DNA of 64,000 bases from Deltaproteobacteria bacterium (GCA_036574075.1 JAINCN010000031.1:386-64385); one strand, 5' to 3'; counted from the first letter of the stretch, positions 32,434 through 41,991 are shown. The notes: generated from the letters alone by a model not told the origin. Translations and numbers: made by a program.

Positions 32434-34851
32434 ATGCAAGCACGCCTTTTTGTTACCATGCCCATGGAGTCCGACGGAAACGCCCATGTCTTTCTCCGGG
32501 GTCATCTTTCAGGGCTTCCGTTTTCTCCTGCCGACGTCACTGCAGGCGTGGAGAACGAGCTCCAGGCGGTCGTAAAGGGCAGCCGGGACTCCGTTGACCT
32601 GCCCCTCGCCATTGCGGGGTCCAACTACTATGCGAACATCGTGAAAAGGGCCGTCTCTGGCGAGGCCAGAAGGCGCGAAGTGACTGCACTTGAAGACTTC
32701 CTCGCCGCAAATGACGAGGGGGTCTGGGAACACAGTTGGGTCCGTTTCCCCAGAAGGTGCCTCTCGCCCGGGGCCGTCGAGATCCTCGAAGAGGATCTTC
32801 GGGCAGACAGGCGTGATCCTGATTCTGGCCCTCGGAGGGACAGGGAGCGGTTTCTTTTTGAAAAGGCGGGTGAAGACTGGGTCCGGGTCCCAGTGAGTTA
32901 TCTCTTGAAGATCGCCCTTGCGGACGCCGTCCTCTCGCCCGGGCCTCTTCCCAGGGGAATCCGGCTCGCCGGGCGTGCCCTTTTGGACCACTTCCTGAAC
33001 GACAACGTCTCCCCGGAGACCACGTCCTTTTTCGTGCACGAGGGGGGCGGCGGATGGGGGCCGGGACGGGCCGCGGCACTGGAGACGGCCCTCCGCTATC
33101 TCCTGACCCAGCTCATTGTCCGATACGCGAACATCAAGTTCGACCTCGTCCAGAACGATCAGGAGGTCGTGGTGTACTTCGCTCCGTGCCCTCCGGTCCG
33201 GCTCAGGGAGCTTAACGAGATCATATCGGACGCCTTCTACGCGGAGCTCTTTGTGAGTCCGTGTCTTTCAGGCTGGGATCGGGGCGAGGAAAAATATCGC
33301 TACATGCTCCTCTGCCACCAGGTCCTTGGCAGGAGCCAGCTCAACGCCATCGGCAAGCTCCGGGACGCGGGGATCGTCACGAACAACCTGGTCGTCCTGC
33401 CCAATACATCCCACATCGGGCTTGCAAACAACGGCACCCACGTGACCCTCGGGAGCAAGGCACTGACGCGTCTCCTTGCCGAGGGGCATCCCTGGTTCGG
33501 CCCACGCCAGGAAAAGTACATAGGGGACCTGGTCACCAAGGTAGTCGAGCACTTTCTGCCCCTTTTCGTCGGCACGTACACGGCCGCGCCCTGGAGGCTC
33601 TCCTTTGCGGAATTCCATCCGGAAAAGGTCCTCGGTTACCTCCCCCATGAGCTCGACTTCACCCATCTCAGGATGATATGGAGGCGCTGGAAGGGAAAGG
33701 CCCGTAACAAGGTCCTCGGAAGGGCCTTCACCCCATTCGGCCCCCGATGGATCGATCGTCCCCTGAGTGCCCTTCTCGGGCTAAAGGGGGATTTCGTGCC
33801 TGATTTTCGTCTCGTGGACTATTTTGTCTCCCTCATGAGCACGGAGAGCTCTCCGGGGCTTGACGGAAGACTTGGCAATCAAGAACGTCTCAAACGGGAT
33901 CTGGCCACCCTTGGGGTCTTCGACCCTGCCATGGCGACCTATCTGCTCTTTCGCCAAAGGGAATACGAAAAGTCTGGTTTTTTCGGCTTCGAGGCCAGGC
34001 ACTACAGCCTTTTTGAGGGATTCGACCGGGATATGACCCCTGCGGTGGACCTTCAGGCCCTCGTGACAGCCTTTGCCTTTAGGTCTGTCCTCCATTCTGA
34101 GGTCCGCCATGAACACATTCCGGACGATCCCGAGACGGAAAGCGAGCGGAGGCAGATCTTTTTCGGGGCAGCCATCGGGATCCCCACCTTTTTCGTGAGA
34201 AAGGGCACACGGAACGCCTTTTTGAAAAGGGTCATGGAAAGGACGGAAAAGGTGAGGGAGAGCAGGAGATATCCGGGCTTTCTCCGGGTGCATAACGATG
34301 AATACAGAAAGGCCCTCGTCCGCGTCCTCCGGGAGGACGGGGCCGATCTCATCGAGGATTTCGGTCTGGAGGACACGGTCAGGGATCTGTCCGAAAGGTT
34401 CGAACTGCACGGGGAAAAGGACGCACTTTCCCGCATTACCTCAGGGGTCATCCAGACCGCTGGCCAAAGGGATGCCTTCTCTTGTGAGGCGCGCGCCTTT
34501 AACGTGGCCGCTGAGCGATATTTCCGTACGACCCTTCGCCGCAGGCACGTAACAGAGGCTTACGCCTTTTTCAAGGAGACGATCCGATCCCTCGAGGGGT
34601 CAGGCGCCCTTGACGGGCGGCAGGAACGGGAATCAATCCGGGCCGTCCTCAAGGGGCGATCCGCTCTGGAGATCGTCCAGGAAGCGGAAAAGGACATCTG
34701 CCAGGATGCCGCCCACCTCGATTTGACCGTCCGGATCATCCATCTTCTCATTCTTGTAATCCACATCCTGGCGGGCCGAAACACGGCCGTGCATCCATTC
34801 GAGGAGATCATTTCCCATGATGCACCAGTATATCGAACGGGAATCGGGTAG
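32434..34851 (+). CDS. orphan 805-aa protein, no family recognised
   Basis: Long ORF with coding-like third-position GC. No motif I can assign, and only a hydrophobic C-terminal segment (LTVRIIHLLILVIHILAG). The start could also be 32458 or 32464. Confidence 0.7.
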   Translation: MQARLFVTMPMESDGNAHVFLRGHLSGLPFSPADVTAGVENELQAVVKGSRDSVDLPLAIAGSNYYANIVKRAVSGEARRREVTALEDFLAANDEGVWEHSWVRFPRRCLSPGAVEILEEDLRADRRDPDSGPRRDRERFLFEKAGEDWVRVPVSYLLKIALADAVLSPGPLPRGIRLAGRALLDHFLNDNVSPETTSFFVHEGGGGWGPGRAAALETALRYLLTQLIVRYANIKFDLVQNDQEVVVYFAPCPPVRLRELNEIISDAFYAELFVSPCLSGWDRGEEKYRYMLLCHQVLGRSQLNAIGKLRDAGIVTNNLVVLPNTSHIGLANNGTHVTLGSKALTRLLAEGHPWFGPRQEKYIGDLVTKVVEHFLPLFVGTYTAAPWRLSFAEFHPEKVLGYLPHELDFTHLRMIWRRWKGKARNKVLGRAFTPFGPRWIDRPLSALLGLKGDFVPDFRLVDYFVSLMSTESSPGLDGRLGNQERLKRDLATLGVFDPAMATYLLFRQREYEKSGFFGFEARHYSLFEGFDRDMTPAVDLQALVTAFAFRSVLHSEVRHEHIPDDPETESERRQIFFGAAIGIPTFFVRKGTRNAFLKRVMERTEKVRESRRYPGFLRVHNDEYRKALVRVLREDGADLIEDFGLEDTVRDLSERFELHGEKDALSRITSGVIQTAGQRDAFSCEARAFNVAAERYFRTTLRRRHVTEAYAFFKETIRSLEGSGALDGRQERESIRAVLKGRSALEIVQEAEKDICQDAAHLDLTVRIIHLLILVIHILAGRNTAVHPFEEIISHDAPVYRTGIG

Positions 34852-35821
34852 GATCCGTACCGAGGTCTTCTTTGGTGAATCGCTCGTGAAGTTTCTCTAT
34901 GGTCCGGTTCGTGAAAATGCCCCGGCCCTGTTTGATATCCTCACGTCGGCACGCATATCCTCCTTTCTGGGATTTCTGAACTACGATGTCTTTCTCGGCC
35001 AGCGCATCAACAGGCGTTTTTTCCAGGACTTAGGGATCGACCTCTCCGAGTGTCTCGACCCACCACATACCCTTGACACGCCCCGAAAGGTCTTTGAGCG
35101 CAAGATCCGCTACTGGGAACTCCGGCCACTTGCGCATGGACAGGATAGTATCCTTTCCCCTGCTGATGCGAAGGCATTCGTGGGCTCCCTTCGAAAGTCA
35201 TCGAGCCTGTTCGTCAAGGGGAAGTTTTTCGATCTCGCGGAGCTCCTCGGAGAGGAAAGAGGCGGCTGGGTCCCTGCCTTCCAGGATGGGGACTTCGCCG
35301 TATTTCGGCTGACGCCTGAAAAATACCACTACAACCACGTCCCGGTCTCTGGAAAGGTCCTCGACATCTACGAGATCCCCGGGAGATATCATTCCTGCCA
35401 TCCGGAGGCGGTCCTCTCGATTCCCACCCCCTATTCCAAAAACAAGAGGGTGGTGACGATCCTGGATACGGACCTGCCCGGGGGGACCGGGGTCGGCCTC
35501 GTCGCCATGGTAGAGATCGTGGCCCTCATGATCGGTGGGATCGAGCAGTGCTACAGCGAAGAGCGTTACGACTACCCACAACCGATCACACGCGGGCTCT
35601 TTCTTCGGGCAGGCTGTCCCAAGAGCCTCTTTCGCCCTGGGAGCAGCACGGTGATCCTGCTCTTTCAGAAGGATCGGGTCATTTTCGAGGAGGACATCCT
35701 TCGTAATCAGAACACTGTCAACGTGGAGAGTCGCTACAGCCTCGGGTTAGGCCGCCCGGTGGTGGAGACAGAGGTCCGTGTTCGATCTGCAGTCGCACGG
35801 GCGAGGAAGGTCAGGTCATGA
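34817..35821 (+). CDS. phosphatidylserine decarboxylase-family proenzyme
   Basis: 334 aa with FRLTPEKYHYNHVPVSG (PSD DYHR-type motif) and the self-cleavage motif FRPGSSTVILLF (GS|S/T). Overlaps the preceding ORF by 35 nt. Confidence 0.8.
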   Translation: MMHQYIERESGRIRTEVFFGESLVKFLYGPVRENAPALFDILTSARISSFLGFLNYDVFLGQRINRRFFQDLGIDLSECLDPPHTLDTPRKVFERKIRYWELRPLAHGQDSILSPADAKAFVGSLRKSSSLFVKGKFFDLAELLGEERGGWVPAFQDGDFAVFRLTPEKYHYNHVPVSGKVLDIYEIPGRYHSCHPEAVLSIPTPYSKNKRVVTILDTDLPGGTGVGLVAMVEIVALMIGGIEQCYSEERYDYPQPITRGLFLRAGCPKSLFRPGSSTVILLFQKDRVIFEEDILRNQNTVNVESRYSLGLGRPVVETEVRVRSAVARARKVRS

Positions 35822-36873
35822 CGATCTCTGCCCTCGTTTTTCTCGCCGGGCTTTCCGTCTTTTTGGGCATATCTCTTTTTTGGGGCATACGCGTCCTTCC
35901 GGGTGAGAGGTGGCAGATGCTCGCCTCAGTGCCCATTGTCAAGGAAAAGGACGGGACATGGTCCGGCCTAAACCTGACCTATTATGGTGCGCTCACGGCA
36001 AATTCCTATGTCCTTGCTGCGGCGGTCTTTCTCGTCCTTCTCGCCTCGGTCGGGGTCCCGGTCTGGCTCTCTGTTTCCGGGGTCGTCCTGGTCCTTGTCG
36101 TCTGCATGCCCCTTTCACGGGTCATCGCGGGGGTCGTTGAAGGAAAGCGCCACACCTTTACCGTGGGCGGGGCGTCTTTTGCCGGGCTCATGCTGGGACC
36201 GCCGGTCTTTTGGGGCCTGAACGCCGTGGCAGATGCCCTTGGGGCCGGCGCGGTGGAGGTGGCCCCGGCGGTCACGGCCATGGCAGTCGCCTATGCCTTT
36301 GGGGAAGGGTTGGGAAGGCTCGCCTGCCTGAGCTTCGGGTGCTGTTACGGACGGAGGCTGGAGGAGGCGCCCCGCTTTCTTCAGCGGATGCTCATGGGCT
36401 GGGGTACGGTCTTTACGGGAAAGACCAAGAAGGCGGCCTACGAGTCCGGGCTGGACGGGGTGAGGCTCGTCCCGGTACAGGCCATGACAGCAGTCCTTTA
36501 CGCCGGAACTGGGCTCGTATCGACCGGCCTTTTTCTTCTCGGCTGGTACCGGTGGGCCTTTCTCTTGGCGGTCCTTGTCACCCAGGGGTGGCGGGCGTGG
36601 TCAGAGACACTTCGGGCAGATTTTCGGGGTGGAGGGAGGATCAGCGCCTATCAGTGCATGGCCGTTGCGGCCATGGCATATGCCGTCCTCCTTGCCTGGT
36701 TCCTCCCGGACGGAAGCGGCAGGTCCGATGTGCTCATGGGGATGAAGGCCGTCTCGAATCTCCCAACCGTCCTTTTCCTCCAGGGGCTCTGGATCGTGAG
36801 TTTTCTTTATACCGGCAGGAGTTCTGTGACGGGATCAAAGGTCACGTTTTACGTCTTCTCAGAGAGGATTTGA
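35818..36873 (+). CDS. Lgt-like (prolipoprotein diacylglyceryl transferase family) polytopic membrane protein
   Basis: 351 aa with about 7-8 hydrophobic helices and a GRLACLSFGCCYGR motif resembling the Lgt GRxGxFxNGxxxG block. ATGA overlap with the PSD gene stop. Confidence 0.55.
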   Translation: MTISALVFLAGLSVFLGISLFWGIRVLPGERWQMLASVPIVKEKDGTWSGLNLTYYGALTANSYVLAAAVFLVLLASVGVPVWLSVSGVVLVLVVCMPLSRVIAGVVEGKRHTFTVGGASFAGLMLGPPVFWGLNAVADALGAGAVEVAPAVTAMAVAYAFGEGLGRLACLSFGCCYGRRLEEAPRFLQRMLMGWGTVFTGKTKKAAYESGLDGVRLVPVQAMTAVLYAGTGLVSTGLFLLGWYRWAFLLAVLVTQGWRAWSETLRADFRGGGRISAYQCMAVAAMAYAVLLAWFLPDGSGRSDVLMGMKAVSNLPTVLFLQGLWIVSFLYTGRSSVTGSKVTFYVFSERI

Positions 36874-38068
36874 TGGATGAGGCGGCGTCTTTGAGGATCT
36901 CCGCCTTGTCCGTCATCTCCCACGGAAGACCCAGGTCGGCCCGACCGACCTGTCCGTACGCGGCCAGTTTCTTGAAGAATCCGCCCTTTATCATGCGGGG
37001 CAGATGGCGAAGCCTGAACTGTTTGAGGATGCCGGCCGGACGGAACTCGAAGTGTTCAGAGAGGAGACGCACGATCTCCTCGTCCGGGACCTTGCCGGTC
37101 CCGAAGGTCTCGACCAGGATGCTGACAGGCCTGGATCGACCGACTGAATAGCTCACCTGGACCTCGCACTCGTCGGCGATCCCGGCGGCCACCACATTCT
37201 TTGCGGCGTATCGCGCGGCATAGGCGCCTATGCGGTCCACACGCCTCGGATCCTTGCCGCTCAGGGCGGCGCCGCTGTGCCTGGCGTATTCTCCGTAGGT
37301 GTCGATGGCGTTCTTTCGCCCGGTGAGCCCTGAATGGACCGCGGGCCCGCACCCCAAATGGGAAAAATCGGACCGGATGTCGATGTTCGTGTCTGCGTCC
37401 GGGCGGATCTCCTCCTCCTTGAAGACCTCGTCGATGACCGTCTCCTTGACGTCGTCGAAAAGCCTCTTGGGATCGGCCGATTTCTTCACGCATGTCTGGA
37501 TCGTGATGGTCTGGATCCGGCTCGGTCGTCCATTTTTGTATTCCACCCCCACCTGGGTCTTGGCGTCAGGCGTGAGATAGGGAAGGATGTTCGTGTAACG
37601 GACCCGTGAGATCTTCCTGGCGAGCCGATGGGCAAGGAAGATGGGCATGGGCATGAGGACAGGCGTCTGATTGCAGGCATAGCCGAAGGCGTTGGCCTGG
37701 TTGCGTACCGGAATCCGCTCGATCTCGTCCTCGTCGATGGCCAGCTCGTCGAAACGGAGGGCTTCTTCGAGGGGCTGTTCCTTGAGGCTCGTGAGCGCTG
37801 TGCAACTCCGTCCGCTGAAGGCCTCGTCCCGGTAGCCCACCTCGTTGATGATCTCCCTGGCCACATACGGGACGTCCACAACCGCTGTCGAGGCGAACTG
37901 GACCGCGAGGAAGACGATGGACTGGGAGATGGCGCATTCGGCGATGATGGACGAGAGGGAGTCCTGCTGGAGGAACCTGTCCACGATGGCGTCGCTGATC
38001 TGGTCACAGAGTTTGTCCGGATGTCCTTCCGTGACCGATTCTGAGGTGAAGAGAAAATCCTTTCTCAT
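36842..38068 (-). CDS. divergent S-adenosylmethionine synthetase (MetK-family) protein
   Basis: 408 aa from ATG 38068, which overlaps the ATPase stop (ATGA). N-terminal FTSESVTEGHPDKLCDQISD. PDAKTQV, GLTGRK and SGKDPRRVDRIGAYAARY are conserved, but the GAGDQG and GD(C) motifs are altered (see findings). Confidence 0.8.
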   Translation of the reverse strand: MRKDFLFTSESVTEGHPDKLCDQISDAIVDRFLQQDSLSSIIAECAISQSIVFLAVQFASTAVVDVPYVAREIINEVGYRDEAFSGRSCTALTSLKEQPLEEALRFDELAIDEDEIERIPVRNQANAFGYACNQTPVLMPMPIFLAHRLARKISRVRYTNILPYLTPDAKTQVGVEYKNGRPSRIQTITIQTCVKKSADPKRLFDDVKETVIDEVFKEEEIRPDADTNIDIRSDFSHLGCGPAVHSGLTGRKNAIDTYGEYARHSGAALSGKDPRRVDRIGAYAARYAAKNVVAAGIADECEVQVSYSVGRSRPVSILVETFGTGKVPDEEIVRLLSEHFEFRPAGILKQFRLRHLPRMIKGGFFKKLAAYGQVGRADLGLPWEMTDKAEILKDAASSIKSSLRRRKT

Positions 38069-41000
38069 GGCGATGGCCTTTTTCGTTTTTTGATGGACTC
38101 GTTGATCAGGAACGGGAGGCATGCGGCGCATCCCGTAACGACCGCATCCACGGCCCCGATCGCTCCTATTCCGAGGAGGGAGCGGAGGCCGGGAAGGAAA
38201 AGGGCTGCCCCCTGAAGGGCCAGGGATCCGCCCACGGCCGCATGGAGATATGGGTTGGGCCGGGAGGCGACCTCGAAGGCGTTTTTCGTCTCAGACCTGC
38301 AACTGTACGCATGTAGAAGCTGGGAGGTGGTGAGGGACAGGAAGGCCATGGCGCTGGCCCCGGGGCCCACACCGTGGCGGAGGATGCCGTAGCCGTAGGC
38401 CCCGAGCGTGGAGACGCTGATGATGGCCGCCTCCCGGCCGATTCGGTGCATGTCGTCACGCCTGACGATCGCCTCTCGCGGATCCCGCGGGGGATGATCC
38501 AGGACGTCCGCCTCCGGGGCCTCCATGGAGAGGGCAAGGCCGGGAAAGATGTCCGTCACGAGGTTTATCCAGAGAAGCTGCATCTCCGTCAGGGGCTGCC
38601 CGGTCCCGAGGATGTTCGACACAAAGGAGACCATGATCTCGCTCATGTTGGTGGAAAGGAGATACCCGAGGGACTTGCGGACATTGGCATAGATGGTGCG
38701 GCCCCGGGAGATGGCAAGGATCATGGTCTCGATCCGGTCGTCCTCGATGACCACGTCAGCCACCTCGCGGGCCACGTCGGTCCCGGTCTCTCCCATGGCC
38801 ACACCCACGTCGGCCGCCCGTAGGGCAGGGCTGTCGTTCACCCCGTCCCCGGTCATGGCCACGACCTTTCCGGCCCCCTGGAGGGCCTGGACGATCTCGA
38901 GCTTGTTGGCTGGGCTCACCCGAGAAAAGATGCTCGCCCGCACGGCGAGTCCTTGAAGTGCCTGGGGATCGAGGTTCGAGATGTTGGAAGAATCGAGGAT
39001 GACCAGTTTGTCCTCTCCGCTGATCTCGAGTTCCTTGCCCACGGCAAAGGCGGTCGGAGACTGGTCTCCGGTGATCATGACCGTGTCGATCCCCGCCCGG
39101 TGGAAACGTCTGATGAGCTCCTTGACCCCGGGCCGAATGGGATCCGTCATGCCGGTAAGCCCAAGCCAGGTAAGGTCCTGTGTGAGGACCTCGTCATCCG
39201 GAAGGGGATCCCCGTCAAGGAACTTGTAGGCAACCCCGAGGACCCGGAGCGCCCTGCCTGCCATGCGTTCGTTCTGCATGCGGATCCTCATGATGTCTTC
39301 TTCCTCGAGGGGGCACTGCGCACCTTCGAGGATCCAGGTGCGGCACAGGGCCAACACCTCCGAGGGGCTACCCTTGACGGCGACGAAGTGGCGACCGGAG
39401 GGGAGGCGATGGACGGTCACCATGAAGTTCCTTTGTTCGGCCCTATGAAGGATCTTGACCCGAGGGGTGTTGGTTTTGAGACGATGGATGTCGATACCGC
39501 CCTGCACGGCAAGGGCGAGTAGGGAGTTTTCCGTGGGGGTCCCCTGGATCTCGAAGTCGTTTCCGTTGCGAGGAATGATCTCGCTTTCGTTGCAGAGGGC
39601 GCATACTACGAGGATTCCCCTGAGCTCGTCGGCGATGTCAAGCCCATCCTGCGGGCAGGGAGCGAGGGACCATTGCCCGTGGATGGGGACGACCTTCTCG
39701 CCTGCGTAAAGCTCCACGACCTTCATGCGGTTTTCTGTTATCGTCCCGGTCTTGTCGAGGCAGATGACCTGGATAGCGCCCAGGGCCTCGATGGCGTCCA
39801 GATGCCGGATGAGGATGTTGTGACGCCTCATGTCACGGACCCCGAGGGCAAGGGTCGTTGTGGCCACGGTGGGAAGGCCTTCTGGGACCGCTGCCACGGC
39901 GAGAGAAATGGCGGTCTTGAGCATGGGCAGGAGTCCGTGGCCTCTAAGGAGACCGAGAACGAATACGAGCCCGCAGAGGACGCCGGAGATGGCCACGAGT
40001 CGGGTCCCGATGGCGTCAAGCTGGCGCTCCATGGGTGTCTCAGGCACTTGTGCCTCGCCGACCAGGGTCTGGATCCTGCCCATTTCCGTGTAACGCCCCG
40101 TGGCGACGGCGATGGCAAGCCCCTGTCCTCCGGTAACAAGGGTGCCCATGTAGCACATGTTCGTCCGATCGCTCAAGGGAATACTACCTTCGGATGCGAT
40201 GCGCAGAGGGTTTTTCCCGACCGGAATCCCTTCTCCGGTGAGAGCGGATTCGTCGATGCTCAACCTTGCTGACTCGACGATGCGGGCGTCGGCAGGGATG
40301 TAGTTTCCAGGCCGAAGTACGATGAGGTCTCCGGGGACGATCTCCTCAGCGCCGATCTCCAGGAGTTTTCCTTCCCGTATCGCAATGGCCCTGGGGCGTA
40401 CGAGCGTCTTAAGGGAGTGGATGGTCTTTTCCGCCTGACTCTCGGTTATGTAGCCTATGATGGCGTTGATGACCACGACCCCAAGGATGACGGCAGCGTC
40501 CATAAGTCCGCCCGTGAGGGCAGAGATGCCAGATGCCAAACCGAGGAGTGCCACGGGAACCGAGGCAAACTGCCCGAAAAAGATCTTGAGCCCTGAACGG
40601 GGAACCGCCTCTGGCAGGACATTCGGGCCAAACCTTCGGAAACGTTCTTGGGCCACGATGGAGGAAAGGCCGTCGCGGGGCGAGGTCTCGAGAAACCGTG
40701 CCACCTCGTCAGACTCCATGAGGTGCCAAGCAAGGGCCTTTTGTTCCTCAGATGTACTGACCAGCCTGACGAGCCGACGCCTGGAGATTGCGGATTTCTT
40801 CTTTTTAGTGGATCGGTTCGGGGGATCGTATGCAGATAGAGAGAGGGTTTTCCCTACTCCTACAACGGGTTTTGAACCGTTCCTCGATTTGACGACCGCT
40901 TCAACAATGGAGATGACCTGCGCAAGTTCCTGAGTCGCCGGAAACGTGACGAGAAGGTGACCGGTCAAGGGGTTGGCCTTGGCCTGGGAGATCAACTTCT

Positions 41001-41124
41001 CGTCACGCAGACGGCTTTCGAGATGACGCTTCAGGTCCTGGGAGCGGTAAAGGCCGGTGACGTGAAGACGTACCCTTCCCGGAACGGCCGTATGGACCGG
41101 CTTGACGACACGCGATGCCTCCAT
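38065..41124 (-). CDS. P2-type cation-transporting P-type ATPase with N-terminal HMA-like domain
   Basis: 1019 aa with DKTGTITENRM, PEGLP (VAAVPEGLPTV), MITGDQ and TGDGVNDSPALRAADVGVAMG. The first ~75 aa (VPGRVRLHVTGL...ANPLTGHLLVTF) are paralogous to the two small proteins upstream. Confidence 0.9.
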   Translation of the reverse strand: MEASRVVKPVHTAVPGRVRLHVTGLYRSQDLKRHLESRLRDEKLISQAKANPLTGHLLVTFPATQELAQVISIVEAVVKSRNGSKPVVGVGKTLSLSAYDPPNRSTKKKKSAISRRRLVRLVSTSEEQKALAWHLMESDEVARFLETSPRDGLSSIVAQERFRRFGPNVLPEAVPRSGLKIFFGQFASVPVALLGLASGISALTGGLMDAAVILGVVVINAIIGYITESQAEKTIHSLKTLVRPRAIAIREGKLLEIGAEEIVPGDLIVLRPGNYIPADARIVESARLSIDESALTGEGIPVGKNPLRIASEGSIPLSDRTNMCYMGTLVTGGQGLAIAVATGRYTEMGRIQTLVGEAQVPETPMERQLDAIGTRLVAISGVLCGLVFVLGLLRGHGLLPMLKTAISLAVAAVPEGLPTVATTTLALGVRDMRRHNILIRHLDAIEALGAIQVICLDKTGTITENRMKVVELYAGEKVVPIHGQWSLAPCPQDGLDIADELRGILVVCALCNESEIIPRNGNDFEIQGTPTENSLLALAVQGGIDIHRLKTNTPRVKILHRAEQRNFMVTVHRLPSGRHFVAVKGSPSEVLALCRTWILEGAQCPLEEEDIMRIRMQNERMAGRALRVLGVAYKFLDGDPLPDDEVLTQDLTWLGLTGMTDPIRPGVKELIRRFHRAGIDTVMITGDQSPTAFAVGKELEISGEDKLVILDSSNISNLDPQALQGLAVRASIFSRVSPANKLEIVQALQGAGKVVAMTGDGVNDSPALRAADVGVAMGETGTDVAREVADVVIEDDRIETMILAISRGRTIYANVRKSLGYLLSTNMSEIMVSFVSNILGTGQPLTEMQLLWINLVTDIFPGLALSMEAPEADVLDHPPRDPREAIVRRDDMHRIGREAAIISVSTLGAYGYGILRHGVGPGASAMAFLSLTTSQLLHAYSCRSETKNAFEVASRPNPYLHAAVGGSLALQGAALFLPGLRSLLGIGAIGAVDAVVTGCAACLPFLINESIKKRKRPSP

Positions 41125-41142
41125 GCAGGGCGCAGATGTCTC

Positions 41143-41823
41143 TTACTCTTTGGCCTTGACCGGAGCCGCCTTTTTCACGGAATGCGTCTCCACCTCATGC
41201 ACGGCCTCGGCCGGTGGCGCAGCGGTCCTTCCCGTTTTGGGCAGGATGGCGCAGAGGACCTCCTTCGCACCGCTGGCGACACCGACAAGGACCTCTGTAA
41301 CCGAGGTGGCCGCGCTCTTTCCGATGGTTCCAGCAGCCTCGATTGCCCCGACTACAGCGACCTTGGCGACCTCCTCCACGTTTCCTCCGACCTCTTTAGT
41401 CGCCTCGATTACGCCATCAACAGCCCGGCGAGCGACCATGGCGACGTCAGCACCCACGTCTGCTGCCCCCTTGACGGCGCCGCGCACCGTCTGGCTCGCG
41501 AAGGTCACAAGGTCTCCCCCTACGTCGCTCACCCCCATGATCACGCCCTTGGCGACACTCTTGGTCCCCATGATGAGCCCGGTACCCACCTCCTCGGTGG
41601 CCTGGATCGCGCCCTTGATGACATCCGAACACACCTTGAGCCCTTCCTTGCTCACATCTCCGGTGGCACGAAGGGTGCTGGAGACCGTGTTACGGGCCAG
41701 GGAGACGATTTCGGCCTCGATCTCGTTGATTCCCTTGAGGCTGTTGACGATCCCTTCCTTGACAATACTTCCCGCCTTGTCGAGCGGCGTTCCGGTTTTT
41801 TGGATCTCTTTCTCTTCGGCCAT
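41143..41823 (-). CDS. Ala/Gly/Val-rich protein made of 15 tandem 11-residue repeats
   Basis: 226 aa with SD AGGAGG 6 nt upstream of the ATG. Residues 24-188 split exactly into 11-mers (VIKGAIQATEE/VGTGLIMGTKS/VAKGVIMGVSD/...). Confidence 0.75.
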   Translation of the reverse strand: MAEEKEIQKTGTPLDKAGSIVKEGIVNSLKGINEIEAEIVSLARNTVSSTLRATGDVSKEGLKVCSDVIKGAIQATEEVGTGLIMGTKSVAKGVIMGVSDVGGDLVTFASQTVRGAVKGAADVGADVAMVARRAVDGVIEATKEVGGNVEEVAKVAVVGAIEAAGTIGKSAATSVTEVLVGVASGAKEVLCAILPKTGRTAAPPAEAVHEVETHSVKKAAPVKAKE

Positions 41824-41991
41824 GGTGTCCTCCTGTGCAGTTTGGGTTATTTCGGTCGATGATTTTTCTCTCTGTGTACTCTGTGCCCTCTGTGGTGAGG
41901 GGTATGTGCAGTTGAAGTTATTTCGGTCAGTAATTCCTCTGGCCGTTTTCAGAAAGATCCCGTTCGATCGTACGTATAAGACCCTTCATGA

